From: the human T2T-CHM13v2.0 reference genome, Homo sapiens
Reading direction: 5' to 3' (one strand)
Length of the DNA stretch: 64,000 nt
Assembly: GCF_009914755.1 (NCBI RefSeq)
Contig: NC_060929.1
In this document: one piece after another, positions 21,755 to 39,286 of the stretch
Numbering within the stretch: the stretch's first letter is position 1
Layout: each line of letters opens with the position of its first letter
Notes under the pieces: model-generated
What the model saw: only the letters and a program-made list of their open reading frames with translations
Told to the model about the DNA's origin: nothing
Database searches by the model: none
Program-made: the position numbers and the translations under genes

Positions 21755-22190
21755 TTATTTTTAAAGTTTTATTGTATTTTTTGACACATAGCAATCATAC
21801 ATGTTTATCAGGTCCAGTGTGATGCTTCAATGCATATATACAATGTGTCATAACCAAATTAGGGCAATTAGCATACCCATCACGTCAAGCATTTATCATT
21901 TCTTTATGGTGAAAACATTTAAAATCTCTTGTAGCTATTTTGAAATATAACATGTAATTTTTAACTATCATCACTCTACTGTGCAACAGAAAACTAGAAC
22001 TTATTCCTCTTATCAGTCTATAACTTTGTACCTATTGACCAAATCTCTTTGTACCTATTGACCATCCTCCTTTCCCCCTGCTTTTCCCAGATTCTAGTAA
22101 CCACCATTTTGCTCTTTATTTCTGTGGGATCAACTTTTTTAGATTCTATGTACAAATGAGATCCTGTGCTATTTGTCTTGCCAAACCAGA
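21755..22190 (-). mobile_element. L1MA (about L1MA5/6) 3' end
   Basis: aattagcatacccatcacgtcaagcatttatcatttctttatggtgaaaacattt...tctagtaaccaccattttgctct...tttttagattc. Confidence 0.85.
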
Positions 22191-22299
22191 TATTTCTTTG
22201 GGTGTGTTCTACACAAGTGTACAAATAATAAATAATTTTCATTTCATACAGATATTTGTAAAATATTGAAATGATTCACAATTATCCAATTCATTATAA

Positions 22300-23215
22300 A
22301 AATATAGAATAATTCTGATGCCATAACAAAGGAAGAAAGGCATAAAAAACAAAATATAAACCAGTCCTCCCTATGCACATAATCATAAAATTTTTAAAGA
22401 AAGATTTAGGAAAATTTAATCCCCTAAAAATACCCTAAAACAAATCAGGATTTATTTTATTAAGAATATAAGCAACATGTTAACTTTATAACTTACATTT
22501 AAAAAAGGAAAACCATGTAACCATCTCTACATATTGCATTAACCACTAAAATTCTGTATTCTTTTTAAATACATTGCTATCAAGCTTCGTTTTGAGTTAG
22601 ATGATGACTGAGCTTGATGAAGAATATCACCAGAAATCTATAGCATCCAATAACTGGAGTAGTACTAGGTCTTTTGCAGATACTTATTAAATGTTTGCTG
22701 AATGAGAACATACAAGAAAACAAATTTAATACTAAAAACAAATAAGTTAATATATAATTTCAGTGTGGGAAATTTGGATTAGATATGCAGACAAACTGGT
22801 GATAAAAATGTTCAAATTAACCTGCATCAAGGAACTGCAAATGATAATAAAAATGAGAAAGTAGCCTATTTATTTGGCAAACAGCTAAAAAATTGGAACA
22901 GTCAATGTTAGGCAAGTTATAGAGGAAATAATATTTTCACAAACTCCTTGAAGATGTAGAAAAATCTATACTATTCTTTGGAGGGCAATTTAGTTTTATC
23001 TAAATTATTTGGAGGGATATACTCTCCAATGGGTTTGTGATATTTGAACCCATAAGTAGAGGCACAGTAATGGCATTAGCCATTGTGGCATTGTTTTATA
23101 GTAGTTATAGAAATGACCTACATGTCTAATAATAAGAGAATAGTGAATAAATTATAGACTATAGTGTGAAACAATATGTATCATTTAAAGGAGAGAATCT
23201 TCATATGTAAACCTG
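22300..23215 (+). mobile_element. Highly decayed L1M/L1ME fragments
   Basis: Scattered ORF2/3'UTR-like motifs (tataaaccagtcctccctatgcacata, aaaaccatgtaaccatctctacat, ctttggagggcaattta). Confidence 0.45.
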
Positions 23216-24431
23216 AAAAATTGTCTATTTCGCTATAACCCTTTTTTGTCAATAAATGTCCATGTGGCTCTGTCTTTCCATTCATTCTGCTCTAAGAAAT
23301 TGGCTAATTTTAAAAAAATTTCCTTCATGCTCAATACTACATTTTACTGTGCTTTCAAATAACACCTTTGACATACTTGTTGACTATAATATTGGAAAAA
23401 TTGTTTATGTTTTATTCTTTTAGGTTTAAGTTTTGGCTTCTTGTTTTCTTTTAACATTATCACTATGTTATGAAGTAGTGATCATTGAGTATTTTCTTCT
23501 ATAACAAGCGACTGAAGAAAGTAGCTTTGTCCTATTTCTTGGGATAATATTTACATATATGACTTTTGAATATTAAAGTAGTTTTTATTGTATGAGTTTT
23601 ATAAATAAAATAATTCATTAACTATATTCTTTGGGTTTTCTAAATGTTACTATAATAAAGTGTTTGAAACGTTAAAAAGCATCTTCTTAAAATCATCCTA
23701 TAAATTTCTGCCATGATCAAAGTTCCCCTTAGACACTACGTATCTCTAGTCAAAAAGCCAATGAGTTTTATCTAAAGAGTAAAGTTTCATGAGTTTAATG
23801 GGTAATGGCATCAAAATAACACACAGTGAACAGGCCCCAGAAAAATGATATTGATATATTTCAGCACAAGCATAAACAACAACAACAAAATACTATATTT
23901 TAAATTTCTTGAAATATAGACTTATTTAATTATTTCCAAACTATATATATTAGGAGATTTATGAAATGAAAGTTGTAGGTATAATCACACAACCAAACAT
24001 GCACGTACACAGAAGGTTTTTTGTGACAACATGTCCTCCAAAATGTACATTTAAAAAATAAAAAAAAACATAGACTAATTTTATATATAAATCGAAGTCA
24101 CCAGTTATAAATTTATAGACACTTATAAAGTGTCTTTTGTTAACCTGTTCACAGAGAAAGAGATTTAGAAACAAGAATGCTTAACTATTTCAGGTTAGAA
24201 GTCAATTAATTTTTTTAAATTACATTCCATTAGGAAAACAGACATTAATATATCAGAGTGATGAAATTAGCCCAGTTATTTGACATCTTTATTTCTAAAT
24301 TTTATATATTTAAATGTTGTATAAAGGAGGATTTTCTTTTTATGTTAAACTTTCAATGGATGAGCTTGTTGCTTGTAAATTAATTACTGATCCAGTAAGA
24401 ATTGTGCACAACAATTAAGATAATTGACCCA

Positions 24432-24625
24432 GGAGGGAGGAGAGTGAGGACTGAAAAACTATATATTGGGTATTATGTTCTGTGCCCGGGTAAAGAAATC
24501 ATTTGTACAACAAGCCCCAGCAGCATGCAGTTTACCCATATGACATACCTGCACATGTATCCCCTGAACCTAAAATAAAAGTGGAAAGAAAAAATAAATA
24601 AATTTACATTTCCTGAAAGAAAAAA
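24432..24625 (+). mobile_element. Short 3' end of old L1PA (L1PA15-17-like)
   Basis: gaggactgaaaaactatatattgggtattatg...cctgcacatgtatcccctgaacctaaaataaaagt. Perfect 15-bp TSD aagataattgaccca at 24417-24431 and 24626-24640. Confidence 0.92.
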
Positions 24626-25027
24626 AAGATAATTGACCCAATAATCAGATGCCTTAAAAATAAGGGTGCAAACAGAACCATTGTTCAGTAATAGTTAAAA
24701 ACAGAAAAAATAAAAATGGTTAAGATCCATAATTTTGTGCAAAGTGAAGTAAATGTACACCTTCTAAATAATTTATTAAATATTTTATAAGAATATGTAT
24801 GCCCTATTAGTAAAGCTTGATTATGAACAATATGTTTCACTGAAATTCCAGTGTTAGTATGCAAGCATTTCATAGAAATGAATTGTCACTTTGTAATAGA
24901 TATTTTTATAAAACCCTTGAAATGGTATTCATATATGTTTTTACATGTTTATTCCTGATAGAGGCTGTGCATTTTAAAAAATTAATTGTTTCCAATGCCC
25001 AAAAAGCCTAAAAACACTACAAAATAG

Positions 25028-25068
25028 TGTGTGATGTGTGTGTGTGTGTGTGTGTTTATGTGTGTGTA
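25028..25068. repeat. Interrupted (TG)n microsatellite
   Basis: Read directly from the sequence. Confidence 0.9.
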
Positions 25069-25175
25069 TAGTAACTTCCTGCCAAAACTAAAGCTAAAGG
25101 GCTTCTGGTGATTTTTAGGTTCTTACACTTTGGCAGACTTATGCAGAAGATATTGTGTGGGGAATAACAATGTCA

Positions 25176-25257
25176 TTTCAATTGATATGATATTGTCAAA
25201 CACCGTAACAGCACTCTTTCAATTGGTATGATATTGTCGAACACAGTGAAAGCACTC
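25176..25257. repeat. 41-bp tandem duplication (2 copies)
   Basis: tttcaattgatatgatattgtcaaacaccgtaacagcactc / tttcaattggtatgatattgtcgaacacagtgaaagcactc. Confidence 0.9.
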
Positions 25258-27107
25258 AAATAAATAGAAATAGATAGAAATTTTATCCAGCCAGCAACTG
25301 CCAAGAAACTCAATTCCTTACAAATTCTTAGTAGGATTATAAAAAACAGCATGGAAATAAAAATGAAAGCAGTTTCATCGAACCAGGACAGTTTCTCTAT
25401 TACTGTCTATCCAGTGTTCAAATCAATGTCATCAACAAATTTTGTATCAGATTTCCAATTAAATGCAGAATAAATCAAAATAAGTAGTTCTTACTGAAAA
25501 ATATTTTCTTGGGAAACTTAATTTTCTGGGTAGCAGTTAAGGAAGTCTTGTCACTCTGAATATTTCAGTAGATGCAATGATTTAGTATGAAATTAATCAT
25601 TAATTTATTTAATTAATGTGGAAAAACCTAACATTAAAAAAGTAAAAATTCCTTTTTTTTTGTAATAAAGCACACCCTTGAGTGTTCATATACCTCAAGT
25701 TTTCTCTGATATAACTGGTAGATTCCTCCTTTTTTTTTTCTGAGCTGGTGTAATCACTGAGTTTCTCAGGCTCTTTGCTGAACAACCAAACAAATGGAGA
25801 ACCCCTTCCTCTGTGTTCATGCTTTTATATTATCCACTTAACTGCTGACTTTGCAGTAACTTAAATAAATTTTAATCAAGAGAGAACCTTCATGTCTGCC
25901 AATATTTTAACCCAGAATATATCTTTTGGTCAAATTTAACCAATTTTCTTTTGGGTGAATTGTATAAAATGAAGTGTGGATTGCGGAAAGACCTAGATAG
26001 TTGTGAGACTCACTGGTTACAGGATGTGTACGCCTAATCCAAATCTCTGAGAATTGGTAGACATAGAATTGTGTGTCTTGGAAGCAAGAAGACCTGTTTT
26101 TACATGTGTTAGAAAATTTAGAGTGTGGGCACTTATAGCTAAGGCCCATCAGTAATAGGATTTATTTCTCTGAGAGGCATCTGCTGGTGCAGGAAGAGGC
26201 AAAGGATAAGATATGAGTATTCTAGACAGCCACAAAATAGAATTCTAAGAATAGGCTAATTGCAGGTAGATGCAGCTACTCTAAAATATTTAGTTAATGA
26301 GCTTATTCATCAGGGCATAAGCTGTATCGAGTTTATAAAGGTAAATTTGGTCCATTCTCTAATGGAAGAAATAGGGAATGCCTTAGTATCTAGCAGAAAG
26401 TAATATTGGGCCAATCCTACACCAGCCCTTGAGTATTACGTAGTTTGATGAAGTTCCAAAGCCAGGGACAGATTTAAGCCCCCTTCCCACAACTTGGAGG
26501 TAGGCACCTTGCAGTGACTCCTCTGAAGTGCAGAATAAAAAGTAGTTCATCTCAGCAAAACTCCTGCCCAAATTACTGTATTTAGAATTGCCAGTGTTCT
26601 GAGGGGAGTACTACTAGAAATGCAGTAAATGTCCTTCAAATTTCATGGTCTTAGTGGCCTCATTGAAAAGCATTTAGTAAAGTTGTTTGATCTCACTGTG
26701 GGAATGAAAACACTAGGAAATTAGTAAGTTGTACTGATTTACTGCTTCAGCTTAGAACCTCATAGAGAGACATTGTGTTTCCTCATTTGGGATGGTATAA
26801 AAGCATATTTATTCATACAAAGGATACTATATCCTGGGAGAAAGCATGGAGTTGTTTTATTTTTGTTTACAAGTTCAAATATAAGCATTTGTACAAAGAG
26901 GGCTGACTAGTCAAAAAGACAGACCATACCAATTGCTAAGGTATTTTCAGTTAGTTCCAAACTACTGTTCTACACTTCATTTTGTGATGCCAGGGCAGAG
27001 ATGCTGAAAACCGCATTTCTACTTTGGCAACTTGTTCCCTGTAAGGCTCTGACAATAGTGGGCAGCAGAGGAAGACAAGATGTTTAGAGGAGAAAAAAGC
27101 ACAATAA

Positions 27108-27798
<691 letters not shown>

Positions 27799-28119
27799 GA
27801 GGGAGGCACAGTACTTTTTGTTTTATGTTTCCATTTTTCTTCTTATTCAGCTTCACCACAGCATTGTTTCTTCACTTATGTATTTGCAATTTTGTCCAAA
27901 AATTGTATTTTAATCCATTATGCAGTCTTTTCCTCAAACAATGCCCAAATAAGTCCCCTCACACTCCACATACAAACATTATCACTAGCTTATCTGTATT
28001 CTCTCCTCAGTGATGTGAATACCAGCCCTACAGAGCTTCTATTCTGATTTCATTTTTATACCAGAATCAAGACCTGTAAGACTAAAGTGTCATCCTACTC
28101 ATAAGCTATTAAGTTAGCA

Positions 28120-28567
28120 TGTAATAGTTTCAGGGATGCTGGAAAAAGTCATGAGACTTCTGAACAAAAGATAAAGTCTTCAGAAACAAAAAGCAGTTTA
28201 CTATTCACAGAAATACCAATAGGGTATCTTATATTACACCATTTCTCTGAGCTCCACTTCCTACGAGGAAGTGTGAAGAGGATGCTGGGTTGCAGAAGAG
28301 GAATCCCAAGCTTTGGGAACCTGAATATTTTATCATGAAATGTAAGAAAACATACCTAGCCTTTGCTCCAGAAACAGACATTCTCTTTATTTGATTCAAC
28401 AGTAGACAATCCTATCCTCTGCTCCAGAGGGAGACAGTCTCTCAATCTCGCAAGGCTTTTCACTAAACAAAGATCTTTGGCAAGACAGTCTAGAAGAGAG
28501 GCAGTGGTGCGTCTGCTTGCAAGAAGTATAGAAATAGAAAAGACTCATAGATGATTGCCTCACAAAA
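28120..28567 (-). mobile_element. LTR40-like ERVL 3' LTR
   Basis: Reverse-complement match to remembered LTR40 text (ctctgctccagagggagac, gcgtctgcttgcaagaag..tagaaat). Followed directly by a polypurine tract (rc atgaggggtgaatat, 28568-28582). Confidence 0.75.
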
Positions 28568-31130
28568 ATATTCACCCCTCATGCCTATATAATTTTGCCA
28601 AATTTCCCCCAGTACTATACCAATCTAAGCACCATTCTTATTAGTTTGATGGAAAAGTCCTGGGACTAAATCCATTCATTTTGTCTCATGCCATATTTAA
28701 CTAAAGCTACTAACAGTAGAACTCCAGGAAATAGAATGAGGCCTGTAGTATTGAACTCAACCATGCTCCCAGCTTTTAAGACCTAACCAGCTAAAAAAAT
28801 AAGTCTCATAAACCAGTAGGGTCTATCTTAGAAAGCCAATGACTTTCCTCAACTTTCTGTACTTACCTTTTCACTAGGCCTGAGGCATTAATCCAGGTAT
28901 AACAGGATAATCTAGGGTAATGCTATTACACATAACAACTCTGACCAATGAGTTAGGTTGACCTGAATGCCTTCTAGGGCTAGGCAGTATCATTAGCCAT
29001 TTCAGCTAAACTTAGGGATACATTTTTTATGACGATTTTTAATTAGATAACCCATTCCCCTAACCCCCACCATTAGAGGGACAACTATCCACCTGGAGTG
29101 GATGAATAGTGAGTCAGTTATTCCCTTGGGAAGCTCTCCTGGTTAATCAATGGTAACCTCTTTGGAGAGGTATTATCAGAAGGCTACATGATCTACTTGA
29201 ATATTTTCTTAAATATTTTAATTTTTTTAATGACTGCTACTAATATCTGAGTTACTGAATGCTCAGGAGGGAATCAAATTAATGACTGATAACTCACACA
29301 AAAAATAGAGGCCCAAGAGTACATGTGCTGCTCTGGAAGGGAAATGTTGTATGCAATTATTGGAGATCACTAAAAGCAACCTACATCACTTGGAGACACA
29401 GATGAACAACACTTCTACATAGCTTTTCATACAACTGGTGGATCTTAAGAATCCTAGTTCAATTCAAATACTTTAGTCAATTTCTCTTTTTTTGGAGGTA
29501 TTACTCAAGGGTATTCATTACTGTTTGGCCAGTTTGTACACATCACAAACTAGGAGATACTTTTTAATACCATGGAGTGATGAAACAACAAATATGAGAA
29601 TGTGGGTAAAGAAGACATCCAGAATTATTGACAGGTTTTTTGCCTTGGAAGAGTTGGAGTCTGGTAGACTTCTTGGTAAGGTTAAAGGGAATGTCAGTCA
29701 AATTTTGATTAGTCAAGGGTGGCAAATTCAAGAGCCAGTTAAATTTAAGGTGTTCTCAGCAATTTGTGAGAACAGCAACAGTGGATTTTCCTTTGGGAAG
29801 AACCCTCTAAGGATGGTCCTAAAAGACAAAGATCATTAATGCCTCCCACTTCTCCATACCTCCCAGAGTCTAAGCTAGCAGCATTTTTGCTGTTTCCAAT
29901 TCCAAAATTTCATGCTTACTATTCCACTAGCTATAATTTTATTATATGTTTATCCCACAATTATTATCATACATATTATCACACTGCTTTTGGCCCACCT
30001 AGGCCATATAGGAAGACTGAAAGCAACATACTTAGAAAAAGTGATCACTGTGCCATAGATCTAGAACTATGTTAATTCAGCAAGAGGACCCAGGTGAATA
30101 AACCTATATTAAATTCGAATCCCTGAGGATTTATTTTGGCCATTGGAGTATGTAGCAATCAGAATAGCCAGGAATTGCTATTAGAGGAAAGAGTAAAGTA
30201 TCATGACCAGGAATAGTGAAGATGAAATCCTAAATTTCCAAGAGTGGATGATCTTTTTTAAGACACTCACACTCAATGACAAAAATCCCTTTTTAATATA
30301 TGTAGTGAAGGAGGAGGTTAAAAGGGATCAAGAATTTGATATTGTTAGTTGGCCAGGATCAGGCAAAGAGAGCAAAGACAATGCCTCCCTCACTGCAAGA
30401 TAATTGGTCAACTTGTCTCAGAAATCACAAGCTGGCATGCAATGCTTGTCTTTGCCTAAAAGATAGTATCATTTATTTTGTGTGGAGTCTATTATAGTAC
30501 ATATGTCACCATCTACAGTGTTATAATTAATCTAGGCAGCAAAGATAGTAATATGGCATCTAAGAGAATCAAACAGCAGCTTGATTCCATTTGGCCTTAT
30601 CATACAATGATGCCTTTATCATGAGCATATATACAAGTGAGCCAGGTAGTTCAAACAGGCACAGATTATTTTCATAGTTCACGATCCCAAATAATTTAAT
30701 CTCCAGTCTATAGTTTTCCAAGTTGTAGACAAAACTGCTAAAGCATTGGCAAAATCTTAAGATTCAGAAAATATAACAAAGTTTATTAAATATAACAGAG
30801 ATCTGTGACTTCCTCGAGTTCTTCCCACTGAGCAGATTGAGTCCATTTTGTGTTGCTCCATAGAGGAGCTGAGTTTGAACAGCCACAGAAGCACAATGAA
30901 AAACGTGCTTCAGTATTGAGGGAAGACTCTACGAATAGTGAGCCCCATTGAGCCAGTGATTTGGCCCTATAGAACACAGCAAGGAATAGATTTTCCTTCA
31001 AAGAGATAGCTGTCATTATTTCAAATAATCCCTGAGGTGCTGCTGGGGCTGGGCCAGCTGTATTCTTGAATACTGCCACCATTTCTGATTTCCTCCTTAG
31101 AATATTTGAAATGATTTTGAGTTTATGATT
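28568..31130 (-). mobile_element. ERVL-class internal remnant (pol RNase H/integrase plus env relic)
   Basis: Minus-strand translation gives KWTQSAQWEELEEV (ERVL RNase H SAQWAEL-like) and ANALAVLSTTWKTIDWR (ANGLAxWSGTWKxxDWK-like) near 30700-30850. Env TM-like peptide at about 28700-29140. Confidence 0.75.
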
Positions 31131-31422
31131 GGTCATTCACTAGAAAGTATTTTTAATATATATATTTGCAATGAATTTCTAGTGTTTGTAGGTATTTTTA
31201 AGCATAATACAAAAGTCAGTCATCACAAAGGACTTCTGGGATTATGTAAAATAGCAATTAATACATTTCTATAAAGTACAATATAAAAAATATTTAAAAG
31301 AACATTATATATTTTTACTTAATTTTCTAATATACAAATTTCTCTTGAAAAATCAATATGAAACAGAAAGCACCAGAGGAAAAATGGAAGACAAAAATAT
31401 AGAAATGTCCAACACACATTTT

Positions 31423-34821
<3,399 letters not shown>

Positions 34822-34937
34822 CAACACACCTTTTAAAATATGTGAAACTCAGTAGCAGCAGAATGAGAATAAACACAAAGTCATAAAAAGACATTGGATA
34901 TTTGCTGCTTTCCAGAATGTTAAAAAATGTGCTATCA

Positions 34938-37900
34938 AATGCAAAAGAACTTGAAATTATAACAGCCTCTCAGACCACAGTGCAATCAAATTAGAACTCA
35001 GGATTAAGAAACTCACTCAAAACCACACAACTACATGGAAATTGAACAACCTGCTCCTGAATGATTCCTGGGTATATAATAAAATTATGTCAGAAATCAA
35101 GAAGTTCTTTGAAACCAATGAGAACAAGTAGACAATGTACCAGAATTTCTGGCACACAGCTAAGCAGTGTTAAGAGGGTAATTCATAGCACTGGATGCCC
35201 ACATCAGAAAGCTGGAAAGATCTAAAATTGACACCCTAATAGCATGATTAAAAGAACTAGAGAAGCAAGAGTAAACAAAATGAAAAGCTAACAGAAGACA
35301 GGAGATAACTAAGATCAGACCAGAACTGAAGTAGCTAGAGACACAAAATCAACGAATCCAGGAGATGGTTTTTTGAAAAAATAATAATAATAATAACAAA
35401 ATAGATAGACTGCTAACTAGACTAATAAAAAACAAGACAGAAGAATCAAATAAAAAACGATAAAGGTGATATCACCACTGATCCCACATTAATACAAACT
35501 ACCATCAGAGAACACTATAAACACCTCTATGCAAGTAAACTAGAAAATCTAGAAGAAATGGATAAATTCCTGGACACATTACACTGTCCGAAGACTAAAT
35601 GAGGAAGAAGTCGAATCCCTGAATAGACCAGTAACAAGTTCTGAATTTGAGGTGTAATTAATAGCCTACCAACCAAAAAAAAAAAAAAAAAGCCCAAGAC
35701 CAGCTGGATTCACAGCCGAATTCTACCAGATGTACAATGAGGAGCTGGTGGCATTCCTTCTGAAACTTTTCCAGACAATAGAAAAAGAGGGACTCCTCCC
35801 TAATTCATTTTATGAGGCCAGCATCATCCTGATACCAAACCTGACAGAGACACAATAATAAGAGAAAACTTCAGGCCAATATCGCGAAAATCCTCAGTAA
35901 AATACTGGCAAATCGAATCCAGCAGCACATCAGAAAACCTATCCACTGTGATCAAGTCGGCTTCATCCCTGGGATGCAAGGCTGGTTCAACATTCACAAA
36001 ACAATAAACATAATCCATCACATACACTGAACCAAAGATAAAAACCCCATGATTATCTCAATAGATGCAGAAAAAGCCTTGGATAAAATTCAACATCCCT
36101 ATGTTAAAAAATCTCAATAAACTAGTTATTGATGGAACATATCTCAAAATTATAAGCTATTTATGACAAGCCCATAGCCAGTATCATACTGAATGGTCAG
36201 AAGCTGGAAGCATTTACTTTGAAAACCAGGACAGGACAAAGAAGCCCTCTCTTACCACTCCTATTCAACATAGTATTGGAAGTTCTGGCCAAAGCAATCA
36301 AGCAAGAGAAAGAAATAAAGGGTATTCAGACAGAAATAGAGGAAGTCAAATTGTCTCTGTTTGCAGATGATGTGATTTGATATTTAGAAAACCTCATCAT
36401 CTCAGCCCAAAAACTCCTTAAGCTGATAAGCAACTTCAGCAAAGTCTCAGGGTACAAAATCTATGTGCAAAAATCAGAAGCATTCCTCTACACCAAAAAT
36501 AGACAAGCAGAGAGCCAAATAATGAGTGAACTCCCATTCACAATTGCTACAAAGAAGATAAAATACCGAGGAATATACCTTACAGGGGATGTGAAGGGCT
36601 TCTTCAGGGAGAACTACAAACCACTGCTCAAGGAAATAAGAGAGGACACAAACAAATGGAAAAATATTCCATGCTCATGGATAGGAAAAATCAATATTGT
36701 GAAAATGGCCATACTGCCCAAAGTAATTTATAGATTCAATGCTATTCCCATCAAACTACCATTGACTTTCTTCACAGAATTAGAAAAAAAACTACTTTAA
36801 ATTTCATAAGGCACTAAAAAAGAGCTCGTATGGCAAAGACAATAGTAAGCAAAGACAATGAAGCTGGAGACATCATTTTACCTGATTTCAAACTATACTA
36901 CAAGGCTACAGTAACCAAAACAGCATCGTACTGGTACCAAAACAGACATATAGATCAGAGACCTCAGAAATAACAACCACACATCTACAACCATCTGATC
37001 TTCCACAAATCTGAGAAAAACTAGCAATGGGGAAAGCATTCTATATTTAATAAATGGTGCTGGGAAAACTGGCTAGCCATATGCAGAGAACTGAAACTAC
37101 ACCCCTTCCTTACACCTTGTACAAATATTAACTCAATATGGCTTGAAGACTTAAATGTAAAACCCCAAACTGTAAAAACCCTAGAAGAAAACCTAGGTAA
37201 TACCAATCAGCACATAGGCATGGGCAATGATTTCATGATGAAAATGCCAAAAGAAATTGCAACTAAAGCTGAAATTGACAAATGAGATCTAATTAAACTA
37301 AAGAGAGTGAACAGGCAGCTTAGAGAATGGGAGAAAATTTTGGCAATCTACCCATCTAACAAAGGTCTAATATCCAGAATCTACAAGGAACTTAAATAAA
37401 TTTACAAGAAAAAAACAACCAACCCCATTAAAAAATGGGCAAAGGATATCGACAGATACTTCTGAAAAGAATACATTTATGCTGCCAACAAACATATGAA
37501 AAAAAGCTCAACATTACTGATCATTAGAGAAATGCGAATTAAAACCACAATGAGATACTATCTCATGGTAGTCAGAATGGCAATTATTAAAAAATCAGGA
37601 AACAACAGATACTGGTGAGGCTGTGGAGAAATAGAAACAGTTTTACAATGTTGGTGGGAATGTAAATTAGTCCAACCATTTTGGAAGACAGTGTGGCGAT
37701 TCCTCAAGGATCTAGAACAAGAAATACCATTTGACCCAGCAATCCCATTACTGGGTATATACCGAAAGTAATATAAATCATTCTACTATAAAGACGTATG
37801 CACACGTATGTTTATTGCAGCACTATTTACAAAAGCAAAGACATGGAACCAACCCAAATGCCCATCAATGATAGACTCGATAAATAAAATGTGGCCATAA

Positions 37901-38267
37901 AGAGAATGACATTATATCCTTTGCAGGGACATGGATGATGCTGGAAGCCATCATCCTCATCAAACTAACACAGGAACAGAAAACCAAACACCACATGTTC
38001 TCACTTATAAGTGGGAGTGGAACTATGAGAACACATGGACACAGGGAGAAGAACATCACACACTGGGACCTGTCAGGGGTTGGGGGAGCAGCTAGGGGAG
38101 GGAGAGCATTAGGGCAAATGCCTAATGCATGTGGAGCTTAAAACCTGATTGACGGGTTAATAGGTGTAGCAAACCACCAAGGAATATGTATACCTATGTA
38201 ACAAACCTGCATATTCTGCACATGTATCCCAGAACTTAAAGTAAAATAATTTTAAAAAGCTAAAAAG
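34938..38267 (+). mobile_element. 5'-truncated L1PA8-like element (about 3.3 kb)
   Basis: Disrupted ORF2 (36465-36800) and L1PA8-type 3'UTR (gagagcattagggcaaatgcctaatgcatgtggagcttaaaacc). TSD aaatgtgctatca at 34925-34937 and 38268-38280. Confidence 0.95.
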
Positions 38268-38280
38268 AAATGTGCTATCA

Positions 38281-38640
38281 GACATATTAGTAGTAGGAGT
38301 ATAAATTGATATAATTTTTGTGAGGTCAGTTTCACAATATCAATCAAAATTTGATAAGAATAATATATGTCCACATAATTCATCTTTTAGATATTTATTT
38401 TATGTTGAAAAGGGCCATTATTAAAGATATAAGAATGCTTATCAAAATCTTATAATAGTGTAAAGTGGGAAATAACCTAAATATCCATCCAAAGGGGATT
38501 TTTCTAGCAATTATGGTAGAGCTATACAATGGAACATCTTTTTATACACAAAGAAATGCTGCGTAGCTATTAAAATTAGTATAGAACTCCCATATTTGAC
38601 ACCAGAATAAGATCACAACATATAGTAAATAACAATGTGG
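38281..38640 (+). mobile_element. Old L1ME-like 3' fragment
   Basis: gggaaataacctaaatatccatccaaagggg...attatggta...atacaatggaac...gtagctattaaaa. Confidence 0.55.
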
Positions 38641-39029
38641 TCAGAATGCGATGTGGACGGGATTTATGGGGACAAAAAAAAGTGCGTCTTTAGGCACAGT
38701 TCTCTGTGAGACTCAAAGTCCACCAATATTTGTATTTTCTTTTGCCCCTTCATATACCTCTCTCTAATATCCTTTTAGGAATGATTAATTCTATTGTGAA
38801 CATTATTCAGAATAGAAAATTTGCAACTAGCTATGTGCATCCAAATTATGTGTATCCATAAATCTATCTGTGTCTTTCTGTCTGTGTGCATGCAAACCAA
38901 CAACACCAAAGTCCATCTTAAAGCAGATATCTAGGGATAGTGGGACTGTTTATATTGTTTATGTATTTTTCTAAATTGTTAACTTTGAGCCTACAGGTTT
39001 TACAATGGGAAAAAAAGCAAAAACTATTA

Positions 39030-39286
39030 ATTATATATTTGTGTATATAAACATAAATATTTGTATATATGTTTGTGTGTAGATATTTATAATATGTATC
39101 TAATGTATAATATGTATATACCTATATATATATACACACACACATATACACACACACATATATATATACACATATATAGGTATATATGTGTGTGTATATA
39201 TATAGGTATATATGTATATATGTATGTGTATATATAGGTATATGTGTGTATATACATGTATATACATATATACCTATATATGTATA
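39030..39286. repeat. Compound (TA)/(CA)/(TG) low-complexity tract
   Basis: Alternating purine-pyrimidine tract read directly from the sequence. Confidence 0.92.

Noticed and set aside
22024-22064. 18-bp direct repeat ctttgtacctattgacca
   Set aside because: Small slippage duplication inside a dead L1MA fragment, not a TSD of a separate element.
25176-25257. Direct repeats as a CRISPR-like array
   Set aside because: Only two abutting copies, no spacers, in a eukaryotic context.
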